Assembly (NCBI RefSeq): GCF_035084215.1
Contig: NC_090370.1
Location: forward strand, 3,410,001 to 3,474,000
Direction of reading: 5' to 3'
Source: Heptranchias perlo
Taxonomy: Eukaryota
DNA length: 64,000 nt
Shown: positions 1-10,073 of the stretch, piece by piece
How the letters are laid out: every line of letters begins with the position of its first letter
How positions within the stretch are numbered: position 1 is the first letter of the stretch
Notes under the pieces: model-generated
The model's database searches: none
Seen by the model: only the letters and a program-made list of their open reading frames with translations
Told to the model about the DNA's origin: nothing
Position numbers and translations under genes: made by a program

Positions 1-694
1 CCCTTTGGCTGCATGGCTTCCCCACTTGTAACAACAAAGTTGTGCGGAATACAGCTGATGCAAATGATGTTTGACACTTTCTTGGGACTGTTGAGTAGGA
101 CCCCACCCGATCTGTCCAGACATTAGAAGTGCTGCTTCAACATCCTAATGGTATGTTCCACGAGAAGTCAGGTAGAGGCATAAGCCTCATTGTATTTTAT
201 AATCTGCGTTGATGCGGGGTATCTTGCAGACAGACTTATTATTCACTTATGGCGGTCTAAGACCACCTGCACGTAGATTGAATGAAATCCTCTTCTATTC
301 CTGTATGCCATGGAGTTGTTGTCTGGCATCCTGATAGCAACGTGGGTACCATCAATGACGCTGTGCGCTCTTGGGAACTCAGCCACCTGATGGAAGTGCT
401 GGACCTTCTCCAGTTGTTCCCTCCTTTCCATTGGCAAAGTGGAAAAATGTGTTGCCGCAGTCATGTTCCAGTAGACAGCACAACCTGCTGACTGCATCGC
501 TGCTGAGGTGCAGGTAACCTCTTCCAATATGTGCAAGTAGTTGTCCCTGGGTCATATGATGTGATTCCTGGGCTGTCTGTGGGGGGTGTCAGGTGTCTGC
601 TTTGGCAATGCACCTGCTTCTCCTCCCTCCTCAGGTATTCCTTGTCCTCCTCCAATTCCAACATTGCCATTAACAGGTCCAGTGGAAAGGCCAT
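1..694 (-). mobile_element. Degraded Harbinger/PIF (HARBI1-like, DDE_Tnp_4) transposase, with frameshift, stops and internal deletion; runs off the window
   Basis: Minus-strand translations give VIDGTHVAIRMP..YRNRRGFHSIYVQVVLD (243-536) and YNEAYAST*LLVEHTIRMLKQHF*CLDRSGGVLLNSPKKVSNIICISCIPHN (~20-200), typical HARBI1-family motifs. Confidence 0.88.
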
Positions 695-861
695 GGTCAA
701 TGCTGCTTGCAGCTGCAGGGATGAACTGGTGTGCTCTGAAGGGAAACAGTAGCAAGCAGCAGAGGGGAAAAAATCTCCCAATGCACAAAATTCAGTTACT
801 CAAGTCAGAAACAGCAGTCAGAATATGAATCTCAATAAAGATACATTCAGATGTCTTCATA

Positions 862-962
862 TAGAAAGAATGTGCATTTATACAGCGCTTTTCAGGACAT
901 CCCAAAGTGCTTCACAGCCAATTAAGTACTTTTGAAGTGTAGTCACTATTGTAATGTAAGCA
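862..962 (-). mobile_element. Deu-domain SINE (SacSINE1-like) 3' tail fragment
   Basis: tgcatttatacagcgc..catcccaaagtgcttcacagccaattaagtacttttgaagtgtagtcact is the reverse complement of the tail at 16000-16105. Confidence 0.6.
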
Positions 963-1948
963 ACCTAGCTTTAAGTGGTAGAGTTCTTTAACAACTTGCA
1001 GGTCTCAGTGCCTGTTTTATACAGGTGCTCGGCGAATCAAGAATTGAACTGCAAAATTGCACGAGAAATCCAGGGTGGGACCAATTTGCATTAATTAACA
1101 TAATTTTGTAATGTCTAATGAGGCCAGCACATGCACAAAGTGCTGCCTCAAAAACAAAATTCTTTTTCTCCCACAGAATCGGGAATACAGGGCTGAATGC
1201 ACTGAGGCCGATTTTCCCGATTCCGGAGGCCAAGTATGCTGCTGCCAAGGGGCTGCTTATTGAGTGCACCACTGCAGAATCAGCTCTGTGGTACAAGACA
1301 ATCCTAAATCTGAATAGTCTTACCATACTATCACTGCAAGCATTGGAGCAGCACCACAATTTGGTGTAAGACATGCAATGTAATGGAGCTGTAGGATGTA
1401 CTTTCACACCTATGATTCCTCACTGAGATGATCTCAGCTCAGCCATGCTGTCAAGGGGGAGCGCCAAGTAGAAGCCAAAGCTTTCCCACAGGGAGAGGAG
1501 GTAATTAGAAAAGTCAACCTCAGTCCCTTTGGGATTTGCCTGGAAACTGCTTGAGGATTTCTGTAGGGTAGTACCTCAATAATAATATAGACATCTCATC
1601 CCTTAGTTGCTCCTGGTTCGTTAAAGAAACAAGCAGCCCTTTTCTGCTGGATATAGTGGTATATGTATGAGTATTAGAGATTTCAAACACAGCTAATTAT
1701 AAGGAGTAACTTCTTCACACTGAACTGAGTTATGGAATGGACTGCCGCATGGCACAGAAAATGCTAAAAAGGAGTTGACCAGATTCCTGATTTGATCAGA
1801 GTAGAGGGCTGTGGCATGAGGTAGGAAATAGATGACAAATTGTCATATCGGGTCCTGAAAAAGGAACTGGATGACAGAGCAAGCCGAATGGGGTGAATGG
1901 CATTTTCTCATTCCACCATTCTGATGTTCTTTTTTTCCATTATTCTAG

Positions 1949-4900
1949 CTCACCAAATTAGAAGCAGTCGAACAACTGGAAAACAGGTAAAGTACTTTAT
2001 CACCACCGTGAAAGTCATGTATCTGATTGCATGTGTGTAAAGCCATATTGATCTAATGCATTAATCTCAGGTCCTCAGTTTTAAATATATATCTGTACAC
2101 ACTATCACTGAAATCATCATGGAGCACCATGGGAAATTCACTAGAAACATATGAAAATAATGGACAGAAAATGACCAGCTGGTCCATCAAGCCTGTCCCA
2201 TACTATCATGGTGCAACTGAGCATCATGATCCCCATCGCTCCCCTATCCACCACGCACTGTCCTTGGAAAGGCAAACCAAAAACAGTTGAAAAAACCCTA
2301 GGCCAAGTTAGGGGGAAAAAGATCTGGGAAATTCCTCTCTCACTCCTGCAGGTGATCAAAACAAGTTCCAGGAGAGCATGATAACATGAGACACATCGCC
2401 CAATACCTCACCTACCTTGTCTACGCTGTAATATGAGCCATGGCTTGAAAATCATCCTGCTTCCTTTTGAATGCTTGTTCTAAAGGTCAATGACATCTGC
2501 GAAAAGATGTAATTCTGGTATCTAACCTAGTTCTGTGCTTACACAACTTATATACATGTCCCCTGGTTCTCCCTAATCTATCAAATTCAAATAGTCTATC
2601 CATATGGACAGAATCTAGTCTCATCATTTCAAATATCTCCAATGTCTACGCTTTTCTACAGTAAAAAGACACAGCTCTCTAAGCCCCTGTTGTGATAACT
2701 AAGGGCTTTTAAGCTAGGTATCAGTCTAGCAGTCCTCCTCTGTACCATTTCCAAGGCCTCTATTATCATCCATCATGTGAGGGGACCAAAACTGAACAAA
2801 TTATTATAGATGAGGCCTAACCAAGATCTTATACAAGGATAGTATAGTGATTTTTGTTTTGGATTGTCCTAGCAATTCATCCTAATACTCTATTTGCTAT
2901 AGCCTCTGGTCATGAACTTTAAGAGATTCATGTATTATAATTGTAAACAATTTTACAACACCAAGTTATAGTCCAACAAATTTATTTTAAATTCCACAAG
3001 CTTTCGGAGGCTTCCTCCTTCGTCAGGTGAATGTGGAAATTCACATTCACCTGACGAAGGAGGAAGCCTCCGAAAGCTTGTGGAATTTAAAATAAATTTG
3101 TTGGACTATAACTTGGTGTTGTAAAATTGTTTACAATTGTCAACCCCAGTCCATCACCGGCATCTCCACATCATGTATTATAACACCTAGGTCTTTCTCT
3201 GCTGAACAGAACCCTGCATGGTATACACATGCTTGGCGTTAGCTCTGCCCAAGTGCATAACACTAAATTGATCTATATTAAATTAAATCTGCCAGATGGG
3301 GGACCATTCCCCCATCGCATCTAGATCTGATTATAGTTTTTTCTGGTCTAAGGCGCTATCATTAGCACAAGTCTTGTATCATCCACAAAGTTGCAGACAA
3401 TTCCCCCAACACCTTCATCCAGATCATTAATAAAGATTGTGACGAGCAAGGGTCCTAACACCGATCCCTGTGGCAATCCCCTAGTAACCGGTCCTCATGC
3501 AGAACAACTACCATTAATAATAACCATCTGCCTATGAGAATGCAACCAATTCCTTATCCAACCCAAGATCTACCTGCTATATCTTATTAAGTACCCTATT
3601 GTGTGGCACCTTGTCAAAAGCTTTTTGAAAAGCCAGGTATACAATGTTATCTACATCCACCAACCTAGTAACTGCCTCAAAAATTCAACCAGGTTGGTAA
3701 GACATGACCTTTTCCAGAAGCCATGTTGAGAGTCTGTACACCCCTTCTCTGTCCAGGTGGTCATACAGAGAATCTCTAATGATCCCTCCTAGTAACTTGC
3801 CTATAACCAAAGTCAAGTTAAGGGGCCTATAATTTCCCTGTTCTGACTTGTTGCCCTTTTTGAATATTGGCACTACATGGGCCTCCCTCCAGTCCATGTG
3901 AACAATCTCAGACCCTAGCAAGCTGTTAAATAAATGGGCAAAGGGCTTGCTGAGCATAGCTCTCATTTCTTTGAGCATCCTCGAGTGAATGCCAACAGGA
4001 CCAGCAGCCTGTTGTGTTTTGAGATTCCTTATACTATCCAGAATTATATCCGCATCCACTTTGACACTTTCAACTTAAGTCAACAATGCATTATTAGTAA
4101 CTGAGCGTAGTCTCCTAGGATGAAGACTGATGCAGAGTAGCCATTTAAAATCTCAGCCATATCCTGGGAGTCCACCTGAATGTGCCCTGAGGAATCCTTC
4201 AATGGTCCCAATGCAGTCTTCAATGGCCCTATGTCACAAATGCAAATTTTTGTGTCATTTTTTAAAAAGCCTGTCTAACCACGAGTTAACCTAAGAATCT
4301 AATTGACTTCAGGAGTCATCATTTATGTAAAAAAGAAAGCCACCCTGCCCTCTAATTGTCCTTCGAATGTGCTAAGTGTAATCAGCCTCTAATTGACCCC
4401 GGCCGTGAGGGCAGTTACACTTGTGGCCTTAATGGAACACACCAGTTACATACAGCTGCAATTTAGCAGCACCTTGTGCATTACATGGTATGATGCTCCT
4501 GTAACAAAGATGAGATAACAAATGAGCTAGGCCATTTGGCCTGTGTACCTCATCCTTCCATAGAAACTTACATATAACAATGATGGACAGGAAAAGAGCA
4601 GCTGGTCCATCAAGCCTGTCCTATACTGTCATGGTGGAACTTTTGCGTACCTTGACCGTCCCCATCCTCCAGCAAGCAATCTCCTGGGAGAAGAAGAAAT
4701 AACGAGGGCCAGTCAGGAAAAAAACTCTCCGGCCTCTGAAGGTGATCAAGCAAATTCCAGGAGACCATGGTGCCTGGGAGAGACATCCCCCAATACCCAC
4801 CTACCTTCTACATGTAGTTACGTAGGCCACGTTTAGGATCAGCCCAATCCTGTCCCTATAAAACAGTATATCCTCCAACTTACCATAGGCAGTGCCAGAG

Positions 4901-6564
4901 ATCTGCTGGTAAATTACAATTAATGTAAAGCATATTAGAATTATGCAGAAAACAGTTTATTTGCAATGAATATCCTTTTCCTGCAAGTTCAAATGTGTTA
5001 TGACCAGCCAGTACATACTGGTCAAGAAACCTCTTTGTACCATAACAATAGGTTAAAGCTTTAAACTATAATCTGTCAATCCTTGTAATGTGCTATGAGC
5101 TGTTAAATGAATGACTAATGATGCTCTTCAATTTAATCCATCAGCCACTGTGTAATGATTTGATGTGCTAATTGATCATTAGTGCAAACCGTAATGGATT
5201 AGTAGCTTTAAAAACAAGTTCCCCAATTTTCTACCCTCCTCTCCTGAAGGTAGTAACATGCTAGGGTGCGGGTCCATAGGCCCTGTCACCCCTCCCATAC
5301 TTCAGCCAAGTAGCCAGTCTTCATGTATGAGTATTAGTGGACTATTCAACTGGTGGGGGCACCATAGCTGAGCTTTGATCTTGTTCATAGCCTATACATC
5401 TACACAAATGGACTTTCCAGAAGGGGTCACTGGATAGCGTTCCGCGTGAGAACACTGGATGATTTTTCCCCTCTGAATCTTGGAGCGCAGAAGCCAATTG
5501 TCTCTTCCTTCTGCTGCCGCAGCTGAAACCAGCAGACCAGAGATTAAACCTGGAAACTTTACCTACTGAGCTGTCTGGGGATTCCAAGTGATAGCTTTGA
5601 TCCCTTATAGTGAAATTACATCAAGAAAACCTCATCCTAGTCCAATAAAAACCCAGGTGCACACAAGCATTTATTTATTGTGTATGAATGACATTACATT
5701 TGTACTCAATTTTACAAGCTTTCTACCTCGAACAAGAACAAGAAGCACAAGGTGAACTCTATATTACGATTACTGTACATGCCATTCTCTTGCTTTTAGC
5801 CTGAAGGAGAAAGATGCAGAAATTGCAACACTGGAACATGAAATTGCAGAGCTTAGTGAACTAGCTGGAACACAAAGAATCAAAAACAAACGTGAGTGAC
5901 AACAGATTTATGTTCCAGTTGTGGCTTTGAGGAGGAGGTTTTGTTTAGGAACTTGGGTGCTCCAACCAAGTTGCTTGGTATGGGGTCACTTCCTCTCTCA
6001 AGTTATATGGTGAGACTGCTGATTGGTTATAGTTAGGCAGACTCCTGAGAAGTGTGTGGGTGCACTAGTTCCATGGAGTGGTAGTTCATTGGGCTTTATG
6101 CCCAAAATTCTCCCACACAGCAAGTTCCTTCACTGAGTTAAGCTATTAGGGGAACGTGACAAATGAAGCTGAGACTCCTCATTAGCAAGGAAGAGAAGGA
6201 TGAATCAACCCACACTGCTCTCACTATTGGGAGAGACTTGGAAACAAGTTCTCTATCCGCCCTCTCAGCAGGTATGGTGTGTGGCATTGGAGAGTCCTAA
6301 GGAAATAAAAATAATTGTAAACAATTTTACAACACCAAGTTATAGTCCAGCAATTTTATTTGTCTAAAAATAGACAAATAGACAAATTTGTCTGAAAATA
6401 GACAGGGGGAACTGGTGACATTTAATTTTGCTTTTATATCTCTGGCATTCATGAACGTCCAGTTGTATATAGATTGTTCTATTTTCCTTTTTTATTTGTT
6501 TGATTTTTGATAAATATTTGTTCTCTGGTTAATATTGAATTTTTTCTGTTATTTTGTAGATTGA
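1949..6564 (+). CDS. Putative last exons of an unidentified upstream coiled-coil gene (1949-1987, possibly 4889-4908, 5800-5891, 6560-6564)
   Basis: AG/GT-bounded segments read LTKLEAVEQLEKQ and LKEKDAEIATLEHEIAELSELAGTQRIKNK-H*; AATAAA at 6619-6624; phase match needs an intermediate exon. Confidence 0.45.
2939..3172. mobile_element. Penelope-like element remnant as a 97-bp inverted repeat with hammerhead motifs on both strands
   Basis: Arms 2939-3035 and 3042-3138; flanking direct repeat tcatgtattataa at 2928-2940 and 3171-3183. Confidence 0.8.
3046..3084 (+). ncRNA. Minimal type I hammerhead ribozyme motif (PLE type); mirror copy on the minus strand at ~2993-3031
   Basis: ttcac-CTGACGA-a-ggagg-aag-cctcc-GAAA-gc-TT-gtgga: both core boxes, stem II, stem I (ttcac/gtgga) and palindromic stem III (aagctt). 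Confidence 0.7.
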
Positions 6565-6935
6565 AGACAGTGAGAACTAACTCTTTGCTAATATGGATTT
6601 ATCCTGTATAAAGATCATAATAAAATATATAAGAAATCCCAGCTGAGTATTTTTTTCCACTATACACTCTGTCTGTTGTCTATAAGGGTTCCACGTGGAA
6701 TGAGTCTCAACCCAGAAAGTGAGTATCCACAGCATAGAATGTTTTATTAGTTGTTCTCACTGTGACAGGAATATGATTACAGTGAGAAGGTACATAACCG
6801 CACCAAGCCTTTATACACTAGTGACTACGAGGTATGTTTCCTCTGTAAAGTTAAAGAAAAATTATTTTACTAAACTGGTTTATAATTACAGTTTAATAAA
6901 AGGATTTTTGTTAACTTTACACACAAAGGAATATA

Positions 6936-7118
6936 GGGGGTGAAATTGCTCTTGGGCATTTGTACAAAACAGGCGATAGTGAATCGACAGCCCGTTTTAC
7001 ACCTGCCCGATTTTCTTTTAATTGAAGTCAGTGGAAAACAAAATTGGGCAGCGGGTAAAACGGGCTGTCGATTCGCTATCACCTGTTTTGCAGTACTGTC
7101 CAAGACCAATTCCACCCT
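6936..7118. mobile_element. Palindromic MITE, probably Harbinger-derived
   Basis: Whole element is an imperfect hairpin: gggtgaaattg..aaaacaggcgatagtgaatcgacagcccgttttac / gtaaaacgggctgtcgattcgctatcacctgtttt..caattccaccc. Confidence 0.7.
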
Positions 7119-8025
7119 CATATACTCTTAAATTACCTACTATAATCTGTTCCAAATTTACATAACACACTAATCTTGAACACCCTGGTGTCTAAGTTTA
7201 TTATGTCCTAGTTTTGGACGCATAACTGATGGCACACTTCCAGTGCATGCCCAAGCCAGGAAGTATGAGGACCATCCTAAATTAGTCCTCGGGCCTCATT
7301 AAAATAATTGTCGAGTTGCTGGCGCCTGTCGTGCTTCCAGAGGCAGCTCACTGCTGTGGTCCAATCCAATTTGGGCTGTTTGCCTCACTGTCAGCAGCCT
7401 TCTGGTAAGTTCTGCGGGGGTGGGGGGGGCAGAGGAGAGCGTGGGTTGGCAGCAGCCCACAGTAGTGCTGTGGAGGTAAGTATGAACAAAATATTTATAT
7501 TTTTGTTGCTGACCTCCAGCGGTCCCTTTAAGGACCGTTAGTTGGGCTGTTTGTACAGCTGATAATGCTCTACTCTGCTGTGTGCAGACAAATTTCGTGG
7601 ATGGGACCTAAAACATTCTCTTTAACTGAACACTTCTGTTAGCATGACGCACATCAACTGGCATAGTATCTAAACCTATAAGTACTAAGAAATAAATGAA
7701 TGTAGATTCTGAACATTAGGATAAGTTTAGGCTCAAGACAAACCAGTAATGTGATTAGCATCTTGAGTGGTAACAAGTCAACTCATATTTTATTACCAAG
7801 CTCATTCAAAATTAAATATCAATTCTCTATATTCCAGGAAGTGAATAATTGTTAAATAATTTGCCTGACTTTCTCCATGGCTCTAGTTTACAGTGCTTTT
7901 TTATAGGTGTCATAAAAACCAAAGTATGGGCAAATCTAAGATTGACTTTACATCCCAAGGCCAAATGGATACAAGAATTCTGTAAAATCTGAGATTGGAT
8001 ATTCAGCCTTGGTGTAGATGGGTAC

Positions 8026-8362
8026 ATGATGTGGAGATGCCGGTGATGGACTGGGGTTGACAATTGTAAACAATTTTACAACACCAAGTTATAGTCCAAC
8101 AATTTTATTTTAAAATCCACAAGCTTTCGGAGGCTTCCTCCTTCCTCAGGTGAATGTGGAACTGAAATCCTCGAACCTATCGCATTTATAAATCACAGAA
8201 CAATGCCTGGTGATTACAGAGAGTCTTTTCAACTGCCCCGTTGCCAAGGCAACCAAAGTGTTCAGACAGATAGGTGTTACCTACAGGCCCACCGAATATA
8301 CAAACGGCCAGAACTAAAAAAACAGATGATGTGGAGATGCCAATTAAAAAAACAGAGCGAGA
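8026..8362 (-). mobile_element. Penelope-like element fragment with hammerhead motif (minus strand ~8116-8155)
   Basis: Near-identical to the 2939-3172 family; flanked by atgggtaca at 8018-8026 and 8363-8371. Confidence 0.75.
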
Positions 8363-8569
8363 ATGGGTACAATCATTAAAGTCTGGTAATGACCATTTCT
8401 AAGATTGGTAAATAAATAAAATCTAGGAAGGCCTGAGACCTGGATTGGTGGACAAAATCATTGTGTTGGCCAAGTTCCTAACCTTTATGTCCTAATATTC
8501 CAGATGTACTAAAATTGTATGAAAAATTGCTCTTCATTTGAGAGATAAAAATATAATTTAAAACTTGTC

Positions 8570-8790
8570 TGACTCTTAACTGCCCTCTGAAGTGGGCAGT
8601 TGTACAAAAGAATAACACCGTCACCAGACAGCCTGCCGTGCGGTTCAAGAAGGCGGCCCACTACCACCACAGATTTTTGGGAGCAGTATCAACGTTTTTG
8701 AAGAAGGCCCACCACCACCTTCTCAAGGCAACTAGGGTTGGGCAATAAATGCTGGCCTTACCAGCCATGCCCATATTACGAGAATTATTT
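8570..8790 (+). mobile_element. HE1 SINE / HER1 LINE 3' tail fragments
   Basis: ggttcaagaaggcggcccac..caccttctcaagg..gggcaataaatgctggcctt tail, shared with 17370-17470 and 32170-32255. Confidence 0.6.
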
Positions 8791-8877
8791 TTTAAAAACT
8801 TTTAAAACAACAAATATGCAATTGAGTTTTATTTGCCAGCTGATTTTGATAGTTGATTGTGGCTTTAAAGCTAACAC

Positions 8878-9520
8878 AATAACAACTTACATTTATGTAG
8901 CACCTTTAAAATAGTAAAACATCCCAAGATGCTTCACAGGAGCATAATCAAGAAATTGACATTGTGCCAAAGAAGGAGATATCAGGACAGGTGACCAAAA
9001 GCTTGGTCAAAGAGGTAGGTTTTAAGGAGAGAGACAGAGGGATTTAGGGAGGGAATTCCAGAGCTCGGGGCCGAGGCAGCTGAAGGCACAGCCACCAATG
9101 GTGGAGCAATGAAAATCGGGGGTGCGCAAGAGGCCAGAAGTGGAGGAGTGCAGAGATCTAGGAGGGTTGTTGGAGATTACAGAGATAGGGAATAGTGAGG
9201 CCATGGAGGGATTTGAAAACATGGATGAGAATTTTAACATCAAGGTGTTCCCAGACCAGAAGCCATTGTAGGTCAGTGAGCACAGGGGTGATGGGTGAAT
9301 GGGACTTGGTGCGAGTTGGGATATGGGCAGCAGAGTGTTTACGGAGGGTGGAAGATAGGGGGAGCATTGGAATAGTCAAGTCTAGAGGTAACAAAGGCAT
9401 GGATGAGGGTTTCAGCAACAGAGGCAGGGGTGGAGACGGGTGCTATTATGGAGGTGGAAGTGGACGGTCTTGGTGATGGAGCGGATATGGGGTCGGAAGC
9501 TCATCTCAGGGTCAAACTGG
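8878..9520 (-). mobile_element. L2 LINE 3' fragment
   Basis: Minus ORFs [26 protein letters not shown] and GGCAFSCLGPELWNSLP match the L2 ORF2 C-terminus. Confidence 0.8.
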
Positions 9521-9859
9521 ATAGATAAAAACTCAGGCCAAACGGGGGGAAAAAATCTGGAAAATTCCTCTCCGACCCCTTTAGGCGATCGAAACTCGTC
9601 CAGGAGATCACATTGAACCAAATATCATGCAGTACCTAACTTTTTATATGAGGTGATCTCTGCTCCAGCCAGGAACAGGTCCAGCTGTGGCTTAAAGGAA
9701 TGTGATGTAACGACACATTTCGGCACAAAAATGGATCATTGTCTTTAATGTTTGGGAAAGGAGGAAAAACAAAAAAAAAGTTGGCAAACAATTTTTGAGA
9801 TGTCCTCTTTATTTGGAGGCTTTGAGGGAAGAAAGACATAGACCGAATCCATGTAGAGT

Positions 9860-9965
9860 ACAACTCCCGTCAAGCTTGACGGGCTGTTTCCGGTTAGTGG
9901 AGAGTGGTTCCGGTTAACGGCTTTCCGCGCGCTTTTTGCAGCAGTTGTTGCTCAGAAAATGGCGT
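9860..9965 (+). promoter_or_regulatory. PRIM1 promoter / 5' region
   Basis: Local CpG enrichment; two ETS-like ttccgg sites, E2F-like tttccgcgc at 9922, 18-bp palindrome 9866-9883, YY1-like aaaatggcg over the ATG. Confidence 0.6.
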
Positions 9966-10073
9966 TAACTGAGAGTCGGTACGAAGCGTCTGAATTACCA
10001 GATTTACTTCCCATTTATTACAGACGCCTCTTCCCATATCCTCAGTACTTCAGGTGGCTAAACTACGGTGGTG
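9959..10073 (+). CDS. PRIM1: PRIM1 exon 1
   Basis: [38 protein letters not shown]; donor G|gtaagg. Confidence 0.95.

Larger units (their letters stand above)
2140..4230 (-). mobile_element. CR1-clade LINE, decayed RT and 3' end, interrupted by a Penelope-like insert
   Basis: ORF 3685-4059 (GIHSRMLKE..DWREAHVVPIFKKGNKSEQGNYRPLNLT) is CR1 RT; the same 3' end recurs at ~4560-4810 and ~9530-9680. Confidence 0.85.

Noticed and set aside
5801-5870. Resemblance to the geminin coiled coil (KD.EIA.L..E..EL.E.A)
   Set aside because: Generic heptad similarity only; the flanking geminin motifs are absent
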